Assembly (NCBI GenBank): GCA_016906335.1
Contig: JADEYG010000001.1
Span: forward strand, 248,001 to 312,000
Direction: 5' to 3'
From: Novakomyces olei
Lineage: Eukaryota
Length of the DNA stretch: 64,000 nucleotides
The first letter of the stretch is position 1, and every line of letters starts with the position of its first letter. The notes beneath the pieces are model-generated. The model searched no databases. It was not told the origin of the DNA and was given only the letters and a program-made list of their open reading frames with translations. Both the position numbers and the translations under genes were made by a program. Shown here in pieces: positions 49,518-62,037 of the stretch.

Positions 49518-52500
49518 TCAATCTTGATTCCTAACATCCTCCCCCACTAATTCGAGGTGTGTCGAATTGTATCTTTTTAATAATTCGGGTGAATGTATTA
49601 GGTGCTGCTTTTGTTCCCACGTGTCGTCTTCAGGTTGGTAACCTTCCCAGCGAACACGATACATTAGTTTGTAGCCCGGTTTTGGTGTTGTCGATCTTGA
49701 TTGTCCTCGAACCCAGACATGATCTAGTATGTCTTCGACGACATAAAGCTCCGTGTTGTTTTTGTAGCGTCGGAGTGCTTTCGGTTTAGGTTGTTCTCGC
49801 TGGTTGTGTTTGTTCATTGGAGTATGTTTCTTTAGCTGAGAGATGTGTACCACATGGTGATACTTTAAAGCAGAAGGTAGCTCCAATTCGCAAGCAACAG
49901 GGCTGACCTTTTTTATAATTCTGTATGGTCCAATGAATTTTGATTGCAATTTCCTTGTTAGTTGATTTTGGAAAAGCTCAGGAATTTCGCGAATATTAGC
50001 GGTGCTTAAATAAACAGAATCATTGACGTTGTATTCAATGTTTATTCGGTTTTGGTCCGCATATATCTTTGATAATTCATGTGCGGTTCTGATTGCATCC
50101 TGGCAAAGAATTCTGTTTACCTCAAGAGTTTCGAGAAATGTTGAATCATCTTGGTTTGTGATTGGAGGTATGGCAAGGTCACTTAGGCTTCTTGGATTGT
50201 AACCTAAATCAGCTTCAAACGGCGTCATGCCAATGGCAGAGTGCTTGCTTGATGAATAACTGAATTCAGCAAATGAAAGCAGCTTGTGCCATGATAAGCT
50301 GTTGTTATTTGCATATGTGAATAGTCGCAAATAATCTTCTAGTACTCTGTTTGTTCGCTCAGTTTGTCCATTCGACTGAGGATGATAACTTGATGATGGT
50401 TTCAATTTGATTTGAAGAATGGCTGTAATTTGTTGCCAAAAAGCTGACATGAATCGCACATCTCTGTCGCTTATTATGGCTTGTGGTAGTCCATGCAGGC
50501 AATAGTATCTGTTGAGAAATAAAGTTGCTGTGCCTTTTGCAGTGACTGTAGTGTGTGTTGGCCAAAAGTGTGCCCTTTTTGTAAGTCGGTCAACAATACA
50601 AATAATAGCATCATATTGCTCATCACCAGATAGAGGTAGTCCAGTGATAAAGTCCATTCCAATAGTTTCCCATCTAGTATTGGGGATATCTATTTCTTGT
50701 AACAATCCGTATGGTTTGTGAGGAGTGATCTTATTTTTGGCACATGTCTCACATGATTTCACATATTCCTTGATTTCTTTTGACATTCCTGGCCAATAGT
50801 AGGTTTTTGCTATTCCAGCTGTTGTCTTGTTCATTCCCCCATGTCCTCCATGGTACGTATCATGAAACTCCCGTATTATCGTGTTAGTGAAATCTGTAGG
50901 CACACAAATGCGGTTATCAAATTTGAGATGTATCAGGTCATCTTTTAGATAATACTTTGCTTGTGCTCGTTTAAAATCAATAGCTGTATCAGTATTTTTC
51001 AGCGAAGTTAGTACTTCAGCCCAATACGGATCATTTAGGTAAAGATCTTTTATTTCCAGATGTGTGACAGGACTTTGTTCCATGCTAATTGCGGACACAT
51101 TTGATTTAGGAGGCGATCGTGACAATATATCTGCCAAAACGTTGGCCGTGCCCGATACATGTATGATGTTGATGTCAAATTCATTTAAAAAGTCCATCCA
51201 TCTCAGATGTCGTCTTGATAACATAACGTTTTTCGAATAGAGAAGACGACTTAGCGCCTTATTGTCTGTTAAGCAATTTACTTGATACCCTCTGGCATAT
51301 ATTTCAAAGTGATCTAATGCTCTGATGCATGCAAGATATTCCAGCTCGTGAACTGGGTAATGTGACTCTGCTGTGCCCAATTTCTTAGAAGTGAATCCAA
51401 TTATTCGGCAGCTTTGCCACTCTTTTCCTTGTCCTAGCCATCCTCCAGTTCCGACTAGCGAAGCATCTATTCCCATGAACAATTTTTCTGTACCATTGTT
51501 TAGGGGTTCTGGTTCAAATGGTTTTAGCACTATGTCTTGTTCGACTGCTTTTTTAATTTCATTGAACCCTTTTTGCTTCGTTTCGTCCCAATGAAATTCT
51601 TTCATTTCTGTGAATATGGAAATTTGAGAGGATAAGTTTGGTATAAAAGTTGATACCCAATTAAGCATTCCGACCAATTTCTGTACTTGTTTCAAGTTCT
51701 TTGGGGCTTGTAATTTTAGTATGGAATTTTTTGACTTGTCGGTCATTTTGATTCCTTCGTCACTGATTTGTCTTCCCAACACAACAAAGCTTCTGCAAAA
51801 TGGAAAGGTCTTTGTTGGACTGGCATACAATTCCCATTTGGCCATGATGCAAAATACAAGTACCAAGTGATCCAGATGTTCTTGGACATCGTCATCATAT
51901 ATTATTATGTCGTCAACATAAACGGTCATCCATATTCCAATATATGGTCTGAATAGTTCCTCCATTAGTTGTTGTTGTATTGCAGTGGAATTTCGATCAC
52001 CCTGTGGCATCACATTCCATTGATAAATACCAAATGGTGTCCAGAATGCTGTATAATGTTCTTGCCCAGGCTGTATTCGAGATTGAAAGAAAGCATCCTT
52101 TAGATCAATTTTTGTTCGATACTTTGCTCTGGCTATGTCCTGAACAACTATGTCAATTCGCGGTACTTGAATGTAAAATCGCTTCATATTTGTATTGCGA
52201 GGTCGAGCATCATTGACAAATCGTAAATAATTCTTAATCTCATTCGGATTGGTAAGTTTATTCACCATTTCTTTGTCTTTAGGAATTGGGAATAATATTG
52301 CACTAGGTTCTTCTGTAGATATTGATATCATTTTTGCTTGTAATAGATCATCAATTTTCATCTTTAAAGGCATCATAAGCTTTTTGCTTGGATACCATTT
52401 TTTGATGTTATATTTCTTGTTTGGATCAATTGGTTCATAAGTTGCCACGACTGGTCTCATCATTGGTAACTTGCTTGGAGGTTCTTTGATCAAGGTTTGT

Positions 52501-53799
52501 GGAAAATTCTCTTGTAAGAGTTCTAGTACCTTGTCTGAATCAATTGCGTTTTCATTTGTAATTGATTTGGCCTCAATTTTCTTCTTCGGATCGATTGTTA
52601 TGGAGCTAACCACTGGAATGCTTTGGTGTTCGTAAATGCTTTCTGTATCTTTGTTCATCTGCCATTTGACCTGTCTTCTGCTGGTGTTGACTATTGCTCC
52701 TAACTTGCTCAAGGTTCCCATACCAATTAGGAGATCAGAAGTTCGCAGTCTGGCTTCTGCACAATTTAATTCATTTCCTTTGAATTTTATTCTAGCCATA
52801 TATCTGCTGATTGTCTTTAATCCTTGAAATGCCATTTGAATTTTGTGGTCACTCTCTTCATACTTTGGTTTGTGAACATTGCAGAAATTTGAATCAATAA
52901 CATCAATGTCACTTCCTGTATCAATAAGGGCTTGACATTTGATCTCTTTACCTTTTACTTCAATTGGTAGATTTACGAGAAACTGTTGGCTTTTGCTTTG
53001 AACAGCAGAGCATTGATAATCCAATCTTATTTCTTCGCTATCCATTTCATCGTTATCTTTGAGAGCACTAATGGTTGATTCATTCTTTCGTTTGAAACAT
53101 TGTTCATACGTGTGTCCAGTTTGCGACAAAATGTACATCTCGTTCTCAGTGAAGGTTTCTCTGGCTCCTTTTTCTCTGACATGCTTGTTCTAGCTTCAAT
53201 TCGTTGATTGTTTGGTTTTGGAGCGATATTTCCAATGTATGGTCTTGTTGCAGTAAAGTCATAGCCAGTGCGACTTCTACCACACTCTGCCATTTCCATT
53301 TCGTCATCCCAGTATTGTTGCCAGGCTGGTTGCCAAATGCGCTTCTCAAAGATCCCATTATTTGTGGTTTTATCTTCTCATTGAGTCCATGAATGAATTG
53401 TTGAACCAATAATGCTTCATTAATTATTTCTAGTTCCATTGACTTGAGCTTAAGTTGTGTAGCATATTGACTGATGCTTCTCGTTCCTTGGGAAAATGTA
53501 ACAAATCTGCTGTAGGCTTTTGGCAGGTAATCGTTGGGAACAATGCTTCGTTCCAGATGATCCAGCATTTGGTTAGCCGTCAAGTTGTCATTGTCTCTAA
53601 GTTCTTCTGCATAGATTAATGCGTTTGATTCCAGAAACATACTGATGAGATCAATGTCTGAGATTCCTGTAACATTTCCTCCTGTCTTCGCATAAGTAAT
53701 CCATTTGACCATAGAGGTTCTCCAAGATTGGAATTCTCTGTGGGTCATAGAATGCCCATTCAGCTTTGCTGGTTCAGGCAGCTTGATTTTGAAATCCAT
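49518..53799 (-). CDS. gag-pol of gypsy B (two 1-nt deletions in gag)
   Basis: gag, CCHC, LIDTGS, MPQG, YVDD, IDAS, HDTYHGGH..CETC, GMDFI, IGPY and chromodomain YRVRWEGY..DTWE. Confidence 0.88.
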
Positions 53800-53843
53800 T
53801 TCTATTGAATGAAACCAATCGAACAGTGTTTTTAATTATTAAA

Positions 53844-54572
53844 CTAATAAAGAGTATTCAAAAATCCTGGTTGCTGTTTTCCGCTCTCCAAGTGTTTGTG
53901 ATAATCTCTTTCAACTTTATCCGGATCTTCTCCTTTGTAAAGTCGAACCTTAAATTCGTCCTCCACAATATTGTCCAGCAAGTATTTAGTTTTATTTCTT
54001 TTGTGTAGCTCTTGTATTCTGTCAGCTACCAATTTGTTGTAGGTCTCTTCGTACTTCAGCCTAGCTGCTGCCTTGCTCGTCCAATGAGCCTGCTTTCGGA
54101 AAATTTCTTCCTCGGTTATAGGCGTTCGAATGACTGGAGTTGGAGCCTGAGCCTCGACTAAGGCTGGTGGTGCGACGGCAATTGGCGTTGGAGCTTTGTT
54201 GACTTTGGGGGGCTTTGGAAAAGGTCGCAATGCCGCGTCAACAGCTCTCTGAAGTCCACTTTGTTTTCGCTCTTTGAATGCCTCCGATCGGCGAGCGTTT
54301 CTTTGTCTTCTCTTTGACAATTGTAAAGTCAAGTTGTCAGAAGATGTTGCAGGAGACGGTGTACACTGATCGGTTGATCCAGATTCAGTGACGTAGTCCT
54401 CCACTACAGGAATATGATGTGGGCGGTCTTGTCCTGCCTGCACCTTGTTCCTGGGTGGATCTGTCTTTGCCTGACGCAAAAGATTTGCGAAAGGCTCAGA
54501 ATAGATTCTCCTGTAAATCCGTCGGTTTTCTCCAGACGGTTGCACTGACGATGTTAGCAGTGAAAAAATATG
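53844..54572 (-). CDS. Putative extra leader ORF (ORF0) of gypsy B, without ATG
   Basis: ~240 open codons from the LTR edge to just before gag; basic, Pro-rich and helical segments; no Met. Confidence 0.4.
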   Translation of the reverse strand, partial: HIFSLLTSSVQPSGENRRIYRRIYSEPFANLLRQAKTDPPRNKVQAGQDRPHHIPVVEDYVTESGSTDQCTPSPATSSDNLTLQLSKRRQRNARRSEAFKERKQSGLQRAVDAALRPFPKPPKVNKAPTPIAVAPPALVEAQAPTPVIRTPITEEEIFRKQAHWTSKAAARLKYEETYNKLVADRIQELHKRNKTKYLLDNIVEDEFKVRLYKGEDPDKVERDYHKHLESGKQQPGFLNTLY

Positions 54573-56451
54573 TTAAGTGAGGATTACTCACTGTTGTAAC
54601 AATATAAATTAGACCTAGCTAAGAGATCTATCTTTCAGACTATGGGAAGTTGGGTCCTTTTATAGACTTTTTGTGAAGCAGATGGGACGGAGATAGGAAG
54701 GAGATAGGAAGGAAATAGGAAGGAAATGATGAGTAATGATGATGAATCATTGATGAGTAATGATGACTCATTGATGAGTAATGATGACTTATTGATGAGT
54801 AATGATGATGAATCATTGATGAGTAATGATGACTCATTGATGAGTAATCAATCTTGATTAGATTTGATTAGATCAATTGATTAGATTTGATTAGATCAAT
54901 CTTGATTCCTAACATTAGCTTACTTGTTGAGGCTTAGCCTCTTAGTTCCTGTTCGAGATAGTTTTTGAGTTATTTTAGTTAGTAAGATTAGTGAGTACAT
55001 AGCCCGTAAAGGATATAAAGGGGCTTCTCTCCTTTATAACTTTACGGTTAATCAACTTTGTTGGAAGAGTTAACTTCCATCTGGAGTCTCCTGCTGTAGC
55101 CAGCCGCGTACGACTGGCAGAAGCTTATAGTAATAAAAGCGTTTATTACTACGAGCAGTTAAGAGTCTACGTCCGAATCTACCTAAGCAAGCGTGCTGGG
55201 TAGCAACATAACATATATTAAGCGGAACCTTGGTTGTTGTAACGCCCCGAACCCAGTAGAAGAACACCTCTTCTTATACTTGGGCTCGGCTCGTTACTTG
55301 CCGAAGATCCCACTCTACGAAACTACTAAAGTAACTAACTTATTGTAGAAGTGCTAGAGTCTGCGCTCCAAGCGCTACTCTAAGCAACTTCCTACAATAC
55401 AACTAAACTAAACTAAACTACGAAGTTGCTTACCGAAGTGCTCCCAGCACCTTTCTAAGCAACCCCTGACAAAGTTAGTGCTCAAGCCTCTAATAGAGAC
55501 TCTTACACTATAAACGAAATACGAAACTTAAAACAACGAACAATCAGCAGGCAGCGTCGACAACGCCAACTGCTGCACTATGTCATTTCATGACAAACTA
55601 GTTCTCACCAGGCTCATAACCTGTATGTAAAATTGAGTTTTATAAGTCAGTAAATTAGCTTGAATATCACCTAAATCTGAATCTGGGTGCTACCTGTACT
55701 TGTATAGTTTTTCTATCTAAATCACTAAACGTAGATCAATCCTCAGTATTATTTTGATTATTTCCAACAATTCAAATATATAGAGTTAAATAGTATAGAG
55801 CCTACTTCTTGAAAGGGCTTAAGCTCAACATCGTGTTATGATAATCTAACATTAGCCTAACCCCGGTTTATCTCCTATATGAATATACTAATGGAAATAT
55901 ATTGTATATTTCTTATTATTTCCCATTTGCTAGAAGGGATTCTTATTGAAAATGGTGTTCAAGGGGAACGAAAGATGCGTTTGCTCGACCACCCGTGGAC
56001 TATCAATAGGGACCCATTCGCCCGTAGTTCTATGCAGTTTAATATTAATCTTGGTGCTTTGTAACCATCACTTATTCAAGACGCCGTTATCCTATAGTTT
56101 CGCCCATATTGCAATAGCGCGCTGCTACCTTGTTTGTTTTGATAAGGACTGGATAGTTAGGTTACTTAAAATCATTTATTGGTTTGGGTCCCAACACTTC
56201 TCATTACGTAGAATATCACGTGACCATTACAAGAGATATCATCTAATTCATGTATGACTCTAATTGTATTTGCAATTACTTTGCGCAAGGCATCAATTTG
56301 AACATCAATCAGAGTATAATACCTAATTTCGCGCGAGATCCAATAAATGGTTTCAAGCTCAAGCATTTGAGCATCATGAGCTTAAAAGAGTTTAGATTTG
56401 TGTAAAAACTTGGCGAGAGTGAAGATTTTCATTAATTGCGTTCAATTTCGC

Positions 56452-58939
56452 ATGGCCGATATTATTGGGGATGGTATACTGTCTGGCCTTCACAACAAGC
56501 TTTACGACAAACGAAAATCAGCAGCGTACGAGCTGGAGCGGTATGTCATTTTTTGCTAACGAAGAACCAAAGCTAATTGCGAGCAGGGTTGTTAACGACG
56601 CCTATCGAAGGCAAGATTATAAAGCCGTGGACGATATTCTTTCAGTGCTTTGCAGGGATTTCATATCTCGATCCACTCGAGGTTCTAACTCTCCGCTTGG
56701 AGGTTTAATTGGACTTGCTGCTGTGGCTATCGCGCTTGGCGCCGTAAGAACACATATCAATAATTCAGTCTAACTTTGTTTCATAGAATGTATCAAAATA
56801 CTTGGACGTGATTATACCTTCTGTTCTGTCTTGTTTTTCCGATCAAGATTCGAAAGTCCGATACTACAGTTGTGAAAGCCTTTACAACATAACGAAAGTG
56901 GCAAAGGGTAACATTATCTTTTACTTCAATGAAATATTTGATGCCCTTTGCAAGGTTTGTGTCTATAGAAAGTAATATGACTGATTGTTGTTTAGCTATC
57001 AGCCGATGCAGAGGCATCAGTGAAGAATGGCGCCGAGCTTCTCGACAGGTTGATCAAAGATACAGTTGCTGCAAAAGTTGGCAGCTACGGTTCAAGGCAA
57101 TCCTTTTCCGAAGAAGAGGGAATCGATCCTCAAGCGAATAAATTTCCTCTTGAAAAATTCGTTCCATTATTGACTGAACGCATCACAGTCATAAACCCTT
57201 TCACTCGTGTTTTTCTTCTTAATTGGATATCGTTCTTAAACTCTGTGCCCGATACTGATCTATTATATTTTTTACCAAATTTTCTTGGGGGGCTGATGAT
57301 TTTCTTGAGCGACCCATTACAAGAAGTGAAAACTCTGACTCAAACCGTTTTAAAAGAATTTCTGCGAGAGATCTCTTCTATCACAAGGTTCCGTCAAAGC
57401 CGCAAAGGACATGTTTTAGACTCGGATTCTCTGTCAGGTGAGAGCCAGACGGACATGAGTATTGACAGTAATGAATCAGAGTATGATGTCGAAATCGATG
57501 TTGCTGGGATCACAAAAATTTTGGTTCCTTTATTCAAATCAAATGGTAATTAAGCTTTCACTCAAAAGTAAAATTTCTAACTTTTAGATAAACTGATACA
57601 ATTGACCGCTATGCAATGGATAAATTTGTTCTTAAAACTGTTTCCTGATAAGCTGGCTGAATTTATCCCACGACTGATTCCTGTTATACTACCTTCTCTT
57701 TCACAGGAAGGAAAACTCGGAGAGCAAGCAAGAGCAATAAATTCCCGATTACTCAACATAACTGCAAGTGAATCAAATGAAGATAAAACAGAAAATTCAA
57801 AAAGCAAGAAAGTCATCTTGGATGAAGCGGAATGGACCATAAATGCTCTTACTCTTCAATTTCTAAATGGCAACGAAGAAACTAGAGTCGGAGCCTTAGA
57901 TTGGTTGAAGCATTTGAACAGTGTGAGTCAGAAACCTCTTATTGTACATGATCAAGAGATATTTCAGGTGCTCCTAAAAAACTTGGCCGATACAAGCGAG
58001 CTAGTCATTCAGCGGGATTTAGAATTATTAGCAAATATTGCAGCGTGCAGCGATGTTGAATTTTTCAAAAACTTCATGGAGAGTCTTTTAGGCCTATTTC
58101 AAAAGGACCGACTATTGCTTGAGAAACGTGGTGGATTCATACTGCGTAAGCTTTGCGTATCTTTAAATTCGGAACGTGTAATTCGAGCGTGGGCCAATAT
58201 ACTTGAAGAGTCAGATGATTTCGAATATGTTGATATCATGGTACAGCATTTGAACGCAAACATTTTGACGGCCCGTGAACTCAGAGATTGCAGACAAAGG
58301 CTCCGAAGCCTAGAAAAACGGGATTCCCAGTCTTTGTTTGTTGCACTTTTCCGTTGTTGGAGTCACAACATGGCGGCTTGCATATCTCTGTGCCTGTTGT
58401 CGCAGGCTTATGAGCAGGCATATAACATAATTTTGATATGTGGAGAAGTGGAAATGTCAGTGCCAACGTTAATTCAAATTGATAAACTCGTACAGCTGAT
58501 TGAATCCCCTGTTTTCACATACATGAGACTGCAGTTGCTCGAGCCGGATAAGTTTCCTTTTTTGTATAAATGTCTCTACGGGCTTATGATGCTTCTTCCA
58601 CAATCATCGGCTTTTGCAACACTGAGGAACCGACTGACTTGTGTTCAAGGGGCAGGATTGTTAGTAGCTAGGCCCAGTACATGCTCTGTCTCGAGTACGG
58701 AAAAATCTCGTCCAAGTAAAGCTAAGCAGGAAGATGGAATCAAATGGAACGATCTATACGACATGTTCAGAAACACGCAACTCACTGAGTCACGGAACCT
58801 AGAGATAAATCACTCAAAATCTATCGGGACTTTTTCGCCTGATGACAAGGACAAAGAATCAGTACCTCGCGCTAATGACGGTCAAACTAATGTGATAGAC
58901 AAAAAGCGCAATAAGACTTCTGTTTTAAGGCGCTTGTAG
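56452..58939 (+). CDS. VAC14: Vac14, HEAT-repeat scaffold of the Fab1 complex, spliced
   Basis: KLYDKRKSAAYELER, GGLIGLAAVAIALG, DQDSKVRYYSCE, NGAELLDRLIKD and QIDKLVQLIESPVFTYMRLQLLEP...LPQSSAFATLRNRL; several short introns. Confidence 0.93.
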
Positions 58940-59768
58940 GATAGTATTATATTTATAGCCAGAATACGGCAGCAATAGATCAATTAGTAAAGCAAAAGTC
59001 CAACTATCAAATATACGCCTTGTAGGAGAACAGCGGCTTGCATGTAAATTCTAAGCTTGTGAAATTAGCTTACATGATAATAAAAATTAAGGACTACTAT
59101 CATTCGCTTCTATTCGAGCATGGCAGATCGTCATGAATAAATGAAAATAAATGTGTATTCTATCCATTTCGTCAAAACTCACATCTAGGATTATTGATCG
59201 AGAACAATAAGAATATATTAACCCGCACTATTAAATACACATCTGTTGAAATATGAATCTATTATTCCCTCATACTACTTTCGTTTATCTTTTTCAAATT
59301 CAGATACATCTAACGTGAAGTGTCAGTTGTATGACTTTAGTCTACCGGATCTCACTTTACAATACATAGTCATATATATAGACCGAGCGAACTCCCAGAA
59401 CTCTTGGGGGATTCTGCTGAAGCCATTGTTCGTTGCTAATACAATTATTCTACTTTAGGAACTTTGCTGCAATATAAAATTCTAACAGCATCTCAATATT
59501 ACGACGAATGTGAAGTATTAGTCCAACTATTCAATAAAAATATTATAATATGACTAATATATTACACCTTTTATTAAGCGTGGCTAGCTTGGTCCTGACA
59601 GTCAGTCTGCCCAGAAACATGCTATGCGATACCTCTTGAAAGCATTTGCCTTCAATATTATCGCGCGCAATTTACTGGCTTTATCGATTATTTTGGGTTT
59701 TAAATCTCCATTTCCCAGTCGAGACACATAATCTAATTTGTTGGAGGCTTCCCTGTTTGTCCGCAATA

Positions 59769-61318
59769 ATGACAAGCCACTTGGGGGAGCTTTACAGACG
59801 GAGGTTAGACCATTGGAGCGGTCAAGAAGTGAAAGAATTTTTATCTGACATTGGGTTAGCGAGATACGAAGATAATTTTGAGGGTAATGAAATCGAGTCA
59901 GTTTTGGAGTTTAATGTTAAACCAACTTCAGCGCACGAAATAGATGGTGATATTTTGTCTTCTCTGAGTCAGAACGAGCTCAAGGAAATGGGCATATCCA
60001 GTGCTGGTCACCGGTTGGCCTTATTAAAAAGGGTCTATGAGGTCAAGAAGCAACAAATGATACCGATTGAGAGCTTCAGTTACGTTCCACAATGTAGGTA
60101 TCGCTTTATTCTCTTTCGACTAACATACTAGCCTCAATGATGATGTTACATGGTCAATCAGGTAAGCTTTATTCAACTTTGAAAGCATTCTAAAGTATGT
60201 AAAAGAGCCTATGACATCTGTAATGATAGATGAGATAAGACGCTTGTCAGATGGCCTTTCAAAGCTACGGGATGAGCTCATTCCGGTTTTCAGAAAAATC
60301 AAAGAAAGCAAACCGCTTCCGACACCAGATGAGAAAGGCCGAAATGTTCCGTCATTATCTCGAGCTACTTCGTATAGGCGATCTCCTCAGCTACACTCAT
60401 CAGCCTTTAGGGATGCGGATCCCGTGGATAAACTCGAGGTATATTATGATAAAATTCTTTATCTTTCGGATCGGTCTAATCCCCATTATAGGATTTCAAA
60501 ACGGGCATTGGTAAACCGCCACCTCTTCCCGACAATTATCCTCAAACGAAGCCTAAACACCATCGGTCAGCATCTTCGGCAGGTAAAATGTTCAAAAACT
60601 TCAAGATATCACCTGAAGATACGTGCCGTACATTACTTCCTCCTGCACTGAGATCATACAATGTTGAATCATCAGCTTGGGAGGATTACGGCTTGTTCCT
60701 GTGCTATGACGATAGTGGTAAGTCAATCTTAATGTTGCAAATCATTTCAGTAAACTGATCTAAATTTGTTTATTTAAAGCTCGTTGCTTGGGATTAGACG
60801 AGAAACCGTTGCAATTGATACAATCTTTACAGAAACAGGGCAAGGCTCCTCGAATTATGGTCAGAAAGCTTGACAGTGGTAGAACTTTATCTCCGCTTGC
60901 AGGAGGCAACCAGGCTCCATCCGTACCTCGAAGACCTTCAGCGGATTATTCTCGATCCCAGGATCTTCGACGCTCTGAAATTGCGATGGGGCGTTCAATC
61001 AGTGAAGACCGATCACCATTGATTACGACCTTTGGTACTTTATCTGCGGGGTCTAGATCAGCGGCGACGAATTCTCCGGCGAGACCCACATTTATCGATC
61101 ATGAACTACCAGCTATTCCACATATCCTTGAAGATCTTAGTCCTGCCATTCTTTCGGAAGTGAGCAGTTTGGGCTCTCCTGTCGGCTCACCACAATTAAG
61201 CAACCAAACTTTAGATACGTCAGGAGGGGAACTAGACGGCCAGAACAGACGTGGAAATTGGCGATTTGCTCGAGATTCTGTGATTATAGGGAATTCTTCG
61301 TCGGGTGGGGCAATCTGA
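59769..61318 (+). CDS. STE50: Ste50/Ste4-like MAPK adaptor (SAM and RA domains), spliced
   Basis: SAM (WSGQEVKEFL..LKEMGISSAGHRLALLK), LRDELIPVF and RA-like region (MFKNFKISPEDTC..LPPAL..LGLDEKPLQL); multiple introns. Confidence 0.78.
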
Positions 61319-62037
61319 TTCACTAGCCTCGCGAAGGTTTTCTCATACATAGGGTGAAGTAGAGTCTTTGGCGTACAGTTTAATCTTACAGGTTATCACA
61401 TGGTTCAAAGGTGCCTTTCCATGCTTCAAATTGTTCTATATGACCATAATAGGGGTTGGTGGACGAAGAGCACAGGTCAAAACAGAACGTAGAAAGCAGG
61501 ACACTTAAAAATCAGGCTTGTTAAAGTATAGCTCCTATTGGATTGCTTGAGTTAATTTAAGGTAATCGTAGTTTAAGCTGTCGACTCTTCAATATATACA
61601 AGTAATACTGTTGCAATACACACAGCATAAACTAGGCCGATGAACCCAGCTAAAGATTTCCTTAAACTACACTTGCTGTCTTTATAGGCACGACGCGCGC
61701 GGCATTCGCGGTTGCTCGCGAATGGCGCAGTGCACTTCGCTTGTCACTCGGACAGCAAAGATCAGAGGAGTAAATACCCAACATTGAAATTTCTCACCGC
61801 GAGCATAGATCTAATATCGTATTGTGCCTGCGGAGGTTTAAAAAGATGTTACATCTAAAGTTGAGTATTTTATCAATAATATCACGTTTCTATGTTTACG
61901 CCATAAAAAAGGACAAGATTATCAAAAAAAGTTTGGTAGCATCAGGAAATATGGTTCTACAAATTCTCTTGAGTTCTCCTTAGTTTACAGCTAATTTGCA
62001 AAAAATATGCAAAGAAGGAACTTTAAATTACATATTT

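Larger units (their letters stand above)
49153..54914 (-). mobile_element. Full-length Ty3/gypsy chromovirus, family B
   Basis: LTRs 49153-49536 and 54571-54914, TSD TTAGC, PPT GGGGGAGGA. Confidence 0.96.
49121..55213 (-). mobile_element. Family E solo LTR split by gypsy B
   Basis: 49121-49152 plus 54915-55213 match the reverse complement of E; TSD TATAT. Confidence 0.85.
48619..55595. mobile_element. LTR-derived insertion G in the F leader, itself interrupted
   Basis: TG at 48619, CA at 55595, TSD AACTA. Confidence 0.65.
45420..55830 (-). mobile_element. Degenerate copia element, family F, with interrupted leader
   Basis: 5' LTR ~55622-55830; PBS GGTTATGAGCC at 55611-55621; gag ~48600-47400; DSGA, HTDVMGP, FDNGGEY, YKARLVARGF and [10 protein letters not shown], with many stops. 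Confidence 0.8.

Noticed and set aside
53115-53280. Programmed frameshifts in gypsy B gag
   Set aside because: The older copy at 43165-43400 has the missing base at both sites, so the consensus is one ORF.
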